64,000 nt of DNA. Origin: an uncultured Chlamydiae bacterium. Its GTDB lineage: Bacteria > Chlamydiota > Chlamydiia > Chlamydiales > CACLRR01. Within the stretch, counting starts at the first letter, position 1; the number at the start of each line of letters is the position of its first letter. Made by a program: the position numbers and the translations under genes. The DNA lies in NCBI GenBank assembly GCA_902609415.1, contig CACLRR010000001.1, positions 6,466-70,465 on the forward strand, written 5' to 3'. The notes beneath the pieces are model-generated. The model did not search any database. It was not told the DNA's origin and saw nothing but the letters and a program-made list of their open reading frames with translations. Below are positions 54,371 to 63,417 of the stretch, one piece after another.

Positions 54371-55702
54371 GTGGAAGAATCACTTTCAATACATAATGAA
54401 AAAGAAATAGTCTGTGACAATACTACATTAGTTAATATTCTCATTATTACCTCATCAGGCGGAAGTGGACATTTGCAGGCTGCAAAAGCTATCTCCAAAA
54501 GATATAAAACACTGATGCCACACACAAATATCATCACAAGGGATGCTCTACATCATTGGCTTGGAAGATATATCGGCTCCTTTTTTTCAAAATGTTGGAA
54601 TAAAGCACAAAAACAAGGTAATATCAAAGCACTTGGAAGACTTATTGCTCTTCAACCTATTGCAGATAGTATCACTTGGTTTCCTCTTTTCTGCGGCTGT
54701 CTCTATACACTAAAAAAAGAAAACATCAACCAAATCATTGATACACAACCTATTGGAACATCAGCAATCCTTGTAGCAGTTAGACTCTACCAATGGCTAT
54801 ACCATAAGGAAATAACTATTGAAAAAGTACTTACCGAATTACCTACCAAACACTCCATTCATTTTTTTAATCCTATCAGGAGACTATCAACCACCAACAG
54901 GAAAATACTAACCCTGAGAACAATAACCCCACTCACAGAAAATAATGAAACAGAAGAGCAATTTTGGGAAAAATACTGCAAGCTTTCTTCAACCCAAATT
55001 TCTTCAAACCCCCTTCCTCTCCGTTGCCAATTCATTAAATTGAAAAAGGAAAAATTCACAAACAAAGCATTTAATCTGTGCCTCGATACTAAAAACCCCT
55101 TTGAGACTCATCTTGCACACAAAATAGCCAGCTTTAGCTCTCTTCCCCTGCTACGAAAAAAAAACCAAATCAATCTATCGATTAAAGAAGAATACCGCAT
55201 TACCACTCTTATGCTAGGAGGATTTCCTAATCAAAAGACCATCCTAGAATACGTTAAACTCTTCATTCAGGAAAAAAAAGGAAATACCACCTGCGATATC
55301 CTCTTTATTTTCTGCTCCCAAACAAGAAAAGCTAGTATTCAACAATCAATACTTACTCTCCTAAAAACAATATCTAATTATCCCACTACCCTAACCATCA
55401 TTCCCCTTTCTTACCAAGAGGATCATGTGATAGCTCCTATCTTTAAACGATCAAATGCTACTATCACAAAGGCAGGAGGTCTCACTTCTATGGAAGTCTC
55501 AACTCTTGTTACCGGCAAGGTATGGATCCATTGTGAAGATCAGAGAACAAAAAAATTTTTTGGCTCTAGTAAGATAAAGGATGGGATGCCTTTATGGGAA
55601 AGGGGAAACGCTTCTTACCTGGAAAAAACTAAAAATGCCTCTCTTGTCACACTCTCCTCTTTTCCTATAAAGCTTAGACCGTACTTGTTATCTCAAGAAT
55701 AA
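54371..55702 (+). CDS. GT28-type glycosyltransferase, MGDG-synthase/UgtP-like (glycolipid synthase-like)
   Basis: 443-aa ORF (GTG start). ILIITSSGGSGHLQAAKAI resembles the MGDG_synth N-terminal motif. C-terminal ATITKAGGLTSMEV resembles the nucleotide-sugar-binding ITKPGG..E motif. Confidence 0.7.
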   Translation: MEESLSIHNEKEIVCDNTTLVNILIITSSGGSGHLQAAKAISKRYKTLMPHTNIITRDALHHWLGRYIGSFFSKCWNKAQKQGNIKALGRLIALQPIADSITWFPLFCGCLYTLKKENINQIIDTQPIGTSAILVAVRLYQWLYHKEITIEKVLTELPTKHSIHFFNPIRRLSTTNRKILTLRTITPLTENNETEEQFWEKYCKLSSTQISSNPLPLRCQFIKLKKEKFTNKAFNLCLDTKNPFETHLAHKIASFSSLPLLRKKNQINLSIKEEYRITTLMLGGFPNQKTILEYVKLFIQEKKGNTTCDILFIFCSQTRKASIQQSILTLLKTISNYPTTLTIIPLSYQEDHVIAPIFKRSNATITKAGGLTSMEVSTLVTGKVWIHCEDQRTKKFFGSSKIKDGMPLWERGNASYLEKTKNASLVTLSSFPIKLRPYLLSQE

Positions 55703-56147
55703 ACTGATTCCATTCCTTCTTTTCAACATGCTCTTCAATTTTTTCTGCGTTCAATTCTAATGCTTTAATAAAAAGTGCTAAACGATTTTGATTATACTGA
55801 TACCTTCTATCACAACCCTTTATAAGATAATAAATTAAAAGTTTCCTCTTGATTCTATTCGAAAGAATAGATCTAAGAGCAACCTTTGTTCTATCTGTGG
55901 TAAGAAGAAACTCTAGTCCATCCAATACCTCAATAGATTTCATCCTCTTTAAGGTTTTTATTAAAGGTTTTTGGTGTAATAAGATTTTATATAAAGGCTC
56001 TGATGCAACAAACTCAACAGCATTCATAATTTCATTTCTTGCTTTAGGCTCTGATAATATGGAGGCACTGACATTGACACACATAACTACAGTAAAAAGT
56101 ATCGTCAGGCAAATCCTCATAATAAAATTTGAACAAAGCGATTCCAA
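55674..56147 (-). CDS. Hypothetical small secreted protein
   Basis: 157-aa ORF. The likely start is Met-10 at 56120 (MRICLTILFTVVMCVNVSAS, signal-like), which forms an ATGA overlap with the stop of 56117..56581. Confidence 0.5.
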   Translation of the reverse strand: MESLCSNFIMRICLTILFTVVMCVNVSASILSEPKARNEIMNAVEFVASEPLYKILLHQKPLIKTLKRMKSIEVLDGLEFLLTTDRTKVALRSILSNRIKRKLLIYYLIKGCDRRYQYNQNRLALFIKALELNAEKIEEHVEKKEWNQFILEITSTV

Positions 56148-56581
56148 TTACGCTCCTGTGCTGCATTCTCTAATTCTCTAACATCTCTATCTACCAGTAG
56201 AGCAAACTCTTCTAATTCAGACATTAAACGACCGGAGTATAGCTCTCTTTCTATGTTCTCAGCAAGCCCATCTATAAAATTTGACCATTTAAAATAACTC
56301 TGTCTTATCTCATTCATATTATTTCTTAAATCTGGCCTACTAAAAATATAGCCCAAAAACTCTATTGGAGGAACATGGCGAACAGAGTCTCCTAATCGAT
56401 TCATATGCTTCCTTTTAAAAAGAAGCTTTCCTACGTGATTAGAAGCAAGAGTTGAAATCAATTCAGCAACATGTTCCTTATCATGATAGGTCATATGAAC
56501 AAACTGTGATAGAGAGCCTTCGTCTGCTGCAGATGTAGTAAATCCAAATAGACATAGAAAAAAACAGAGTAAATAGCGCAT
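56117..56581 (-). CDS. Hypothetical small secreted protein
   Basis: 154-aa ORF. Signal-like MRYLLCFFLCLFGFTTSAADE. The C-terminal ..ERNWNRFVQILL resembles ..KKEWNQFILEI of the downstream gene. Confidence 0.5.
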   Translation of the reverse strand: MRYLLCFFLCLFGFTTSAADEGSLSQFVHMTYHDKEHVAELISTLASNHVGKLLFKRKHMNRLGDSVRHVPPIEFLGYIFSRPDLRNNMNEIRQSYFKWSNFIDGLAENIERELYSGRLMSELEEFALLVDRDVRELENAAQERNWNRFVQILL

Positions 56582-56623
56582 AGTTTAAAGATATCTATCA
56601 TTTAAAATAAAAACTAGATTTTT

Positions 56624-57829
56624 ATGAAACATCAATACCTTGCAGCCTATAATATCGTCTCCAAACTTGTCAAACACGGTTATATAGCCTATTTTGTCGG
56701 GGGGTATGTTCGTGATATGATAATGAAAAAAAAATCAGATGACATTGATATTGCAACAAATGCACCTATAGGTACGATTCAATCTATCTTTAGTAAAACC
56801 ATTTCTGTGGGTGAACAATTTGGAATTACTATTGTTGTTGAAGATGAATACAACTTTGAGGTAGCTACGTTTAGAAAAGAAGAAGGACACCATGATGGTA
56901 GAAGACCTTCTATTATCTATAGTGCTTCTCCTCAAGAGGATGCCCTAAGAAGAGATTTTACAATTAATGGAATCTTCTTTGATCCGATTAATAGCATATA
57001 CCATGATTTTGTCGAAGGTGTAGGGGATATTAAAAAAGGGATCATTAAGGCTATTGGTAACGCTGATAAAAGATTTCAAGAAGATAAATTACGCATGCTT
57101 AGAGCTATTCGCTATTCCACACGCTTTAACTTTACAATTGATGATCATACCAAAGAAGCTATTATCAAATACAGCTCGTCTCTCTTTCCTTCTGTTGCTA
57201 TGGAACGTATCCACCAGGAGTTTGAGAAGATGAGCGCTTTTGGAAATCTAAGTGACGGCCTAGAAATGCTTTATGATCTAAAACTACTTCAGATTATCTT
57301 CCCCAAAACAGCAGCTTTTTCCAAATTTACTCTGATATCTCATCTTAAAATCCTTAAAAAACTTCCCAATAATACTCCCCTTATTCTTTCGCTCATTTAC
57401 CTCCTTAATCTATCCTCTTTAGAGGAAATGCTTTCCCTCTGTGTTTCTTTTAAATTTTCAAACAATGATAAGAAACTTGTCAAAACCTATCACAAGATCA
57501 TTAATCTTTCCTTTGCTGAAGATGACTACAGATGGTCAAGGATCTATGCACATGATAATTCTGACCTTATTATTAACATATTAACTATTGAAAAAGAAGA
57601 TGATGCTTTATTTCAGGCTCATATGCAAAGGAAGAACTCCCTTTCAAAAGCTATTCTCAGGGCTAAAAAAAACCACACCCTTCTTTCTGCAGAGCACCTA
57701 ATCAAAGCGGGTATTACTCCAGGAAAACAACTTGGCTTACTTATTGAAAAAGGTGAGCAAATTGCTGTAAATGAAAAAATTGAAGATGTACAAAAGATCC
57801 TTTTAAGACTTAATCTCCATCACAATTAA
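56624..57829 (+). CDS. cca: CCA-adding tRNA nucleotidyltransferase (poly(A) polymerase family)
   Basis: 401-aa ORF. GGYVRDMIMKKKSDDIDIAT, RRDFTINGIF. Confidence 0.88.
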   Translation: MKHQYLAAYNIVSKLVKHGYIAYFVGGYVRDMIMKKKSDDIDIATNAPIGTIQSIFSKTISVGEQFGITIVVEDEYNFEVATFRKEEGHHDGRRPSIIYSASPQEDALRRDFTINGIFFDPINSIYHDFVEGVGDIKKGIIKAIGNADKRFQEDKLRMLRAIRYSTRFNFTIDDHTKEAIIKYSSSLFPSVAMERIHQEFEKMSAFGNLSDGLEMLYDLKLLQIIFPKTAAFSKFTLISHLKILKKLPNNTPLILSLIYLLNLSSLEEMLSLCVSFKFSNNDKKLVKTYHKIINLSFAEDDYRWSRIYAHDNSDLIINILTIEKEDDALFQAHMQRKNSLSKAILRAKKNHTLLSAEHLIKAGITPGKQLGLLIEKGEQIAVNEKIEDVQKILLRLNLHHN

Positions 57830-59698
57830 AGTCATATCATCATGTTGGTCACGCTCCCCAACAAACTCTTCTACCGATTCTATAATCCTATCCTTTAAAT
57901 CATTTATTGAAAGATCTTTATGCTCATTTATTACTTCTAACAACCTCTTTTCAGAAAAGAGTTCTCCTTGTCTATTTTGCGCCTCATTTATTCCATCTGT
58001 ATAATAAATAACCTTATCCCCCGAAGACACATCTATTTTTCCTATCTCAAGAGTTCCAAATGCCTGTACCCCAAAAGCAATCCCATGAGCAGACAATCTT
58101 TCAATAGTACCATCCTTTCTAATCAAGACAGGCTCATTGTGACCTAGATTTGCAAAGGTAAGGATCCTCTCTTCAGGTACAAATCGAGAAATAAAAGCTG
58201 TGACAAAATTCCCGCTATCTTGTGTATCGTTACAGAAGATGTCATTACTTTTAGTAATGATCTCCTTTAATGTTTTACATTCATAGCTCAATGCCCTCAA
58301 TATAGAGCGTAAATCATAGGCATATAGCATACCATAAACACCCTTACCTACTCCATCTGCTATCGTTAAAAGTAGATCCTCTTCTCTTTCATATATATCA
58401 TAAAAATCACCTGCGACCTCTTTTGCCGGAGAAAAATAAGAAACAATCTCCATTCCTTGATAGCTCTTATCCTTTTGTGGTAACATTGATTGTTGAATAT
58501 TATTTCCAATTTCGAGCTCTTTTGCTAAAGATTCCTTCATAGCACGTTCTCTTTGAGTCTCTTCAATATGTGATTTAAGATCATCAATCATCTGATTAAA
58601 GTATGAACCCAAGCGATTAATTTCAAAGCCAAACCTTTTCTTTTCATAGTGTGCTTTAAGGTCCCCTTGTCCAACACGCGTCATAACACTGCTTAATGAA
58701 AGTAATGGTTTAGACATCTGTTGAGAAAAAAGATAGGTAATAACTCCTCCAAGAAAAAGAATAAATATGAGCAATACAATAATCCTTTCCATCTGCTCTC
58801 GCATATGCTGCATTACAATTTTTGAGGATAAACTCAAAAGAAAATAGGCATCTACGCCTTCTACCTTTGTCAAAATTCCAAATTGCACCTCATCACCAAT
58901 AGTATACTTATATCCATCCTTAATCCCCTCTACAGCCTTAAGATAAAGTGTTTCACCACCATTTTCTTTTATAGGTCCAATCTCTATTTTTTTCCCTTCC
59001 AATTTTTTATACTGAGCTGATTTGACCATCCCCTCTCCATTTAAAAGAGCTATTGATGCTGGGTATATTGTATCAAAATGATTGACTTGTGATAACATCC
59101 TCTCAAAAGAGATCATCGCTATTGCATAACCGTGAATATGATCAGGTTGATCTCTAATCTCCTTATAAATATAGAAGGCCTCTTTTTCTTTAGGGTTCTC
59201 TGCAACAAAAACTCCCTTAGGACCCTTAAGCATACTAGCTGAAATATAGGGGGAAAAATTCACATCTTTGTAAAGATCTTCAGTAGAAGATGTAGCCATT
59301 AATCGATCATCCTCTACTGTAAGATAAATAATGGCACTAACTCCCTCCTTTCCAACATACACCTTTAAAATATCAACAATTTCTAAATCACTAATAGTAC
59401 TGCCATTCTCGCGAGCCTTAAGAACAAAATCGTGAATAACATCTAAAAAATGAATCTGAAATATCTCTTTTTCAATGATATCCTCTACCTGTTCTTGCTC
59501 TATCACCTTAAGTTCCTGAAAAACACTTTTAATTCTTCTAGAATAGTCTTTCTTATAAATATAAATTGAATAAACAACTAAAGGTATTACAACAAATAAA
59601 CACCCAATAGAGAGCACACGGAAAGCTAAAGAGCCCTTAAGTCCTTTATGTAAGTGATTTTTTTTCATCTTATACCTCCTATAGCAAGGATATTCCAA
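57803..59698 (-). CDS. rsbU: RsbU-like sensor PP2C (SpoIIE-family) serine phosphatase: TM, periplasmic domain, TM, HAMP, PP2C
   Basis: 631-aa ORF. TM1 FRVLSIGCLFVVIPLVVYSIYIY, TM2 IIVLLIFILFLGGVITYLF, HAMP KPLLSLSSVMTRVGQGDL. PP2C motifs: AKEVAGDFYD, IADGVGKGV, YTDGINEA, DDMTLIV. Confidence 0.85.
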   Translation of the reverse strand: MEYPCYRRYKMKKNHLHKGLKGSLAFRVLSIGCLFVVIPLVVYSIYIYKKDYSRRIKSVFQELKVIEQEQVEDIIEKEIFQIHFLDVIHDFVLKARENGSTISDLEIVDILKVYVGKEGVSAIIYLTVEDDRLMATSSTEDLYKDVNFSPYISASMLKGPKGVFVAENPKEKEAFYIYKEIRDQPDHIHGYAIAMISFERMLSQVNHFDTIYPASIALLNGEGMVKSAQYKKLEGKKIEIGPIKENGGETLYLKAVEGIKDGYKYTIGDEVQFGILTKVEGVDAYFLLSLSSKIVMQHMREQMERIIVLLIFILFLGGVITYLFSQQMSKPLLSLSSVMTRVGQGDLKAHYEKKRFGFEINRLGSYFNQMIDDLKSHIEETQRERAMKESLAKELEIGNNIQQSMLPQKDKSYQGMEIVSYFSPAKEVAGDFYDIYEREEDLLLTIADGVGKGVYGMLYAYDLRSILRALSYECKTLKEIITKSNDIFCNDTQDSGNFVTAFISRFVPEERILTFANLGHNEPVLIRKDGTIERLSAHGIAFGVQAFGTLEIGKIDVSSGDKVIYYTDGINEAQNRQGELFSEKRLLEVINEHKDLSINDLKDRIIESVEEFVGERDQHDDMTLIVMEIKS

Positions 59699-59740
59699 TA
59701 TTAGCTAGAACTTATTGCCCTAAGAGGGTATTTTAGAGAA

Positions 59741-60817
59741 ATGAAAAAAGAAGATTATCAAGATTATGATCAAATCTATAATAAAGAATACAAAAGAGAT
59801 TTAAAAAAAGAGCGTAAGCAAAAACAAAAATCTGATCGCTCCTTCAATAAACTTACTAATCTTAATAAACAACAGTCTAAACTTTTTAGTATAAGAAAAG
59901 AGGATCTCTGGCGTGTTCTCTCGATTTCCTCCAGTACAGTTTCACTAAATAAGGATAATGAATTTATTGAAGCTAGTATTAAAGGCTCCTTAAAAAAAGA
60001 GCTTACCCAGAAAAAAAACCTCCTTTGCATCGGTGATCTTGTCCATATCAACGAACAAAACCTGATCGATCATATTGCCCCAAGATTTTCCTCTCTTTCC
60101 CGTAAGGACTCTCTCCACCAAAGAAAAGAACATACAATTGCTGCAAATATTGATCAGGTAATCATTACTGCTTCATTTAAAGAACCCGCTCTAAAGCCCT
60201 CCTTGCTTGACCGCTACATTATAGCTGCTAATATTGGTAACCTCATCCCAATTCTTGTCATTAATAAGGTTGATCTTGTGGATTCAAAAGAAGACAAACA
60301 ACTCATAAAAGACTTAAAAAAAACATATAAGAGTCTTTCCATTCCAATATTTTTTGTCTCAGCAAGAGAAAAAAAGGGCTTTGCTCCACTCATAAAGGCT
60401 CTCAAAGAGAAAGCTTCCGTATTTTCAGGACAATCAGGTGTGGGTAAAAGCTCAATTATGAATCTAATCCTTGGTACAAACCTAAAAACAGCTGCTGTTG
60501 TTGAAAACACATCAAAAGGATCACATACAACAACAAAAGCCTCCCTTATCCCTCTAGAAAAGGGTGGTTTTTGTATCGATACTCCGGGTATTAAGAGCTT
60601 TGCCATTCATAACCTTCCTTTATCCGATATAGCCAACTACTTCCTTGACTTAAAGAAATATTCATTGCATTGTAAATTTTCTGGATGTACCCATACCCAT
60701 GAACAGGTTTGCGGTGTAAAACAAGCAGTAGAAAAAGGGAAAATTTCACCTTTTCGTTACGCTTCTTATTTAAGTATAAGGGAAAATAATGAAACCCATT
60801 CGAGATATCTCCGCTAG
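59741..60817 (+). CDS. rsgA: Ribosome small-subunit-dependent GTPase A
   Basis: 358-aa ORF. Circularly permuted GTPase: NKVDL (G4) before GQSGVGKSSIMN (G1), DTPG (G3). Zn cluster CKFSGCTHTHEQVC. Lys-rich N-terminal extension. Confidence 0.9.
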   Translation: MKKEDYQDYDQIYNKEYKRDLKKERKQKQKSDRSFNKLTNLNKQQSKLFSIRKEDLWRVLSISSSTVSLNKDNEFIEASIKGSLKKELTQKKNLLCIGDLVHINEQNLIDHIAPRFSSLSRKDSLHQRKEHTIAANIDQVIITASFKEPALKPSLLDRYIIAANIGNLIPILVINKVDLVDSKEDKQLIKDLKKTYKSLSIPIFFVSAREKKGFAPLIKALKEKASVFSGQSGVGKSSIMNLILGTNLKTAAVVENTSKGSHTTTKASLIPLEKGGFCIDTPGIKSFAIHNLPLSDIANYFLDLKKYSLHCKFSGCTHTHEQVCGVKQAVEKGKISPFRYASYLSIRENNETHSRYLR

Positions 60818-62030
60818 AGAAATTATAGATTCAAGAGGCTACCCTACAATTGAAGCAATAATAACATTAGACGATAACACCGAGGCCTATGCAAGTGTGC
60901 CTTCAGGAGCTTCTACAGGCACAAAAGAAGCTATAGAACTTCGAGATAATGAGTCTGGTCGCTTCAAGGGCAAGGGTGTCAAAAATATCTGTAAAAAGAT
61001 CGAGATAATTGCAAAAGAGTTTAAGGGTCGTGAGTTTTGCCAACAACGTTTAGATCGTGAGCTCATTGCTCTAGATGGAACCAAAAATAAAAGTAACTTT
61101 GGTGCAAATCTAATCCTTGCAGTCTCCATAGCCTATGCAAAAGTACAAGCATTAGCTGAAAAAAGATCACTCTTTCTCTCCATTATAGATGAATTTGATC
61201 TAGATCATCTTACTAATATTCCTCTACCTATGGCTAATCTACTTAACGGTGGAGCGCATGCAAATAATTCTCTCTCCATACAAGAATTTATGATAATTCC
61301 CAATGAAACCACAAGCTATCAAAAACAACTTCAACAAATCTGTGAAATTTATCAAACTTTAAAGCTGAGGATTCATAAGCAAAAACTCTCTACATCTGTA
61401 GGTGATGAAGGGGGCTTTGCTCCCACTCTTAAGAGTACTGATGAAGCCATAAATCTTCTAATTGATAGTACAATAGAGGCCGGCTATAAACCAGGTGAGG
61501 ACACATTCCTAGCTCTCGATGTAGCCTCCTCTGAATTCTATTCCTCAGGCTTCTATCAATTAGACAAACAAAAATTATCCTCAGAAGGTATGATCGATTT
61601 TCTTGATTTACTATGTCAAAAATACCCCATCATATCAATAGAAGATGGTTTAGCTGAAGATGATTGGGAAGGGTGGAAATTAATGACCTCACGCCTAGGA
61701 AACAAGGTACAACTTGTAGGCGATGATCTTTTTGTCACAAATACAGCTCTTCTTCAAAAGGGAATCGATGAACAGGTAGCAAACGCAATATTAATTAAAC
61801 CCAATCAAATAGGCACTATCACAGAGACTTTAGAAGCCATTAGTCTTGCAAAAAATAAAGGCTACAAGACTATTATGTCCCATCGCTCCGGTGAAACAGA
61901 AGATACATTCATAGCAGACCTCGCTGTAGCAACTAATTCTTCGTATACAAAATTTGGAGCAACTGCAAGAAGTGAACGCACAGGAAAATACAATCAACTC
62001 CTCAGAATCTCTGAAATACTAAGAGCATAG
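60789..62030 (+). CDS. eno: Enolase
   Basis: 413-aa ORF. AREIIDSRGYPTIEA, GDEGGFAP, SHRSGETEDTFIADLAV, RSERTGKYNQLLRI. 29-nt overlap with rsgA. Confidence 0.95.
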   Translation: MKPIRDISAREIIDSRGYPTIEAIITLDDNTEAYASVPSGASTGTKEAIELRDNESGRFKGKGVKNICKKIEIIAKEFKGREFCQQRLDRELIALDGTKNKSNFGANLILAVSIAYAKVQALAEKRSLFLSIIDEFDLDHLTNIPLPMANLLNGGAHANNSLSIQEFMIIPNETTSYQKQLQQICEIYQTLKLRIHKQKLSTSVGDEGGFAPTLKSTDEAINLLIDSTIEAGYKPGEDTFLALDVASSEFYSSGFYQLDKQKLSSEGMIDFLDLLCQKYPIISIEDGLAEDDWEGWKLMTSRLGNKVQLVGDDLFVTNTALLQKGIDEQVANAILIKPNQIGTITETLEAISLAKNKGYKTIMSHRSGETEDTFIADLAVATNSSYTKFGATARSERTGKYNQLLRISEILRA

Positions 62031-62114
62031 TGTTATCAAATATCCCCAGCGTATATAGATCTTAGGACCATTTCTAGAGAAACGATCCTAAAACCTCGCA
62101 AGTAAAACTTATCA

Positions 62115-62696
62115 TTAACTACAATAGTCTTTTAGCCCTTTTTGTGTAGGCTCCATTGCCTTATCGCCCTCACTCCAATTTGCAGGACAAACCTCTCCGA
62201 CCTCTTCAAAATGCTGCAATGCATCACACATTCGTAGAGCTTCATCTACAGACCTGCCTAAAGGAAGATCGTTAACAATCTGATGTCTTACAATTCCTTC
62301 CTTATCTATTAAGAACAAACCACGAAAAGCAACTCCTTTATCTTCTAATAACACATCATAATCTCTAGCAATTGACTTTGTAATATCTGCAACTAAAGGA
62401 TAGGTGATTCCTTTAATACCACCATCTTTCTTATCAGTAGCTAACCATGCCTGATGACAAAAAGCACTATCTACTGAGCACCCAACAACCTGAACACCTC
62501 TCTTTTCAAAGGCCTCTAACTGCTCTTGAAAAGCATGCAGCTCTGTTGGACAGACAAAAGTAAAATCTAAAGGATAAAAGAAAAAAAGCACATATTTCTC
62601 CCCTTCAAAATCCTTCAATGTAAAATTATCTATTGTCTTATTATCTTGTACTGCTGTTGCCACAAATTCGGGCGCCTGACTTCCTACGAGTCCCAT
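62115..62696 (-). CDS. ahpC: 2-Cys peroxiredoxin (AhpC/Tsa family)
   Basis: 193-aa ORF. FFFYPLDFTFVCPTE (peroxidatic Cys) and VCPANW (resolving Cys). Confidence 0.92.
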   Translation of the reverse strand: MGLVGSQAPEFVATAVQDNKTIDNFTLKDFEGEKYVLFFFYPLDFTFVCPTELHAFQEQLEAFEKRGVQVVGCSVDSAFCHQAWLATDKKDGGIKGITYPLVADITKSIARDYDVLLEDKGVAFRGLFLIDKEGIVRHQIVNDLPLGRSVDEALRMCDALQHFEEVGEVCPANWSEGDKAMEPTQKGLKDYCS

Positions 62697-62710
62697 AAAT
62701 CTTTTCTCCT

Positions 62711-63325
62711 CTAATATTTCATCAATCTTTCTTCTCTAATGCTTGTTTTTTCACCATGACCACAATAAACAGCAACATCTTCGGGCAATGCGTTAAGTCG
62801 TCTTAGGGATTCTTGCATTGCGTTATAATCTGACGTAGGAAAATCAACCCTTCCAAAACCGCCATTAAACATGGTATCTCCTGAAAAAAGTATTTTCTCT
62901 TTTTCAAAATAGAAACAGATGCATCCAGGAGAGTGTCCTGGTGTATGTAGAACTGTAAAATGCAGACTTCCTGCATCTATGGCCTGCCCATCAATAATAG
63001 CTATAGCATCCTCTACTGGTTCCACTCCGGTATACCCAAGCCCATCAACACCTGGTTTTTCTAGATTTTCCTTGTCATCAGGATGAATAAATACAGAGAT
63101 ATTAAGAGCATTTTTTAAGCAATTAGCTTCTCCCATATGGTCAAAATGAGAGTGCGTTAAATAGATCCCATGTACTTTTAGACCATGATTTTTTATCTGC
63201 TGCAATAAATCTTTACAACTATCAATCGGAACATCGATCACTATACCATCCTTTGTCTTTTTATCAAAAACAAGGTAGCCATTAGTCTCTACTGGTCCTC
63301 TAATAAGGGATACTACTTGTATCAT
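62711..63325 (-). CDS. MBL-fold metallo-hydrolase (GloB/hydroxyacylglutathione hydrolase-like)
   Basis: 204-aa ORF. THSHFDHMG (HxHxDH), HTPGHSPG, GHG. Confidence 0.85.
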   Translation of the reverse strand: MIQVVSLIRGPVETNGYLVFDKKTKDGIVIDVPIDSCKDLLQQIKNHGLKVHGIYLTHSHFDHMGEANCLKNALNISVFIHPDDKENLEKPGVDGLGYTGVEPVEDAIAIIDGQAIDAGSLHFTVLHTPGHSPGCICFYFEKEKILFSGDTMFNGGFGRVDFPTSDYNAMQESLRRLNALPEDVAVYCGHGEKTSIREERLMKY

Positions 63326-63343
63326 AGATTGTTCCTAGAAAAA

Positions 63344-63417
63344 CGCGCCGAGAGGGATTCGAACCCCCGACCCCTTGGTTCGTAGCCAAGTACTCTATCC
63401 AGCTGAGCTACCGGCGC
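63344..63417 (-). tRNA. tRNA-Arg (anticodon ACG), 74 nt, CCA not encoded
   Basis: The reverse complement folds by hand: GCGCCGG TA GCTC AGCTGGATA GAGT A CTTGG CTACGAA CCAAG GGGTC GGGGG TTCGAAT CCCTC TCGGCGC G. Anticodon loop CT-ACG-AA. The D-arm and anticodon arm are near-identical to E. coli tRNA-Arg(ACG) as I remember it. It is followed by TTTTT, not CCA. Confidence 0.92.

Noticed and set aside
62711-63325. MBL-fold protein next to the tRNA as an RNase Z
   Set aside because: At 204 aa with a GloB-like layout, it is too short and lacks the RNase Z exosite region. A glyoxalase II-like hydrolase is the better call.
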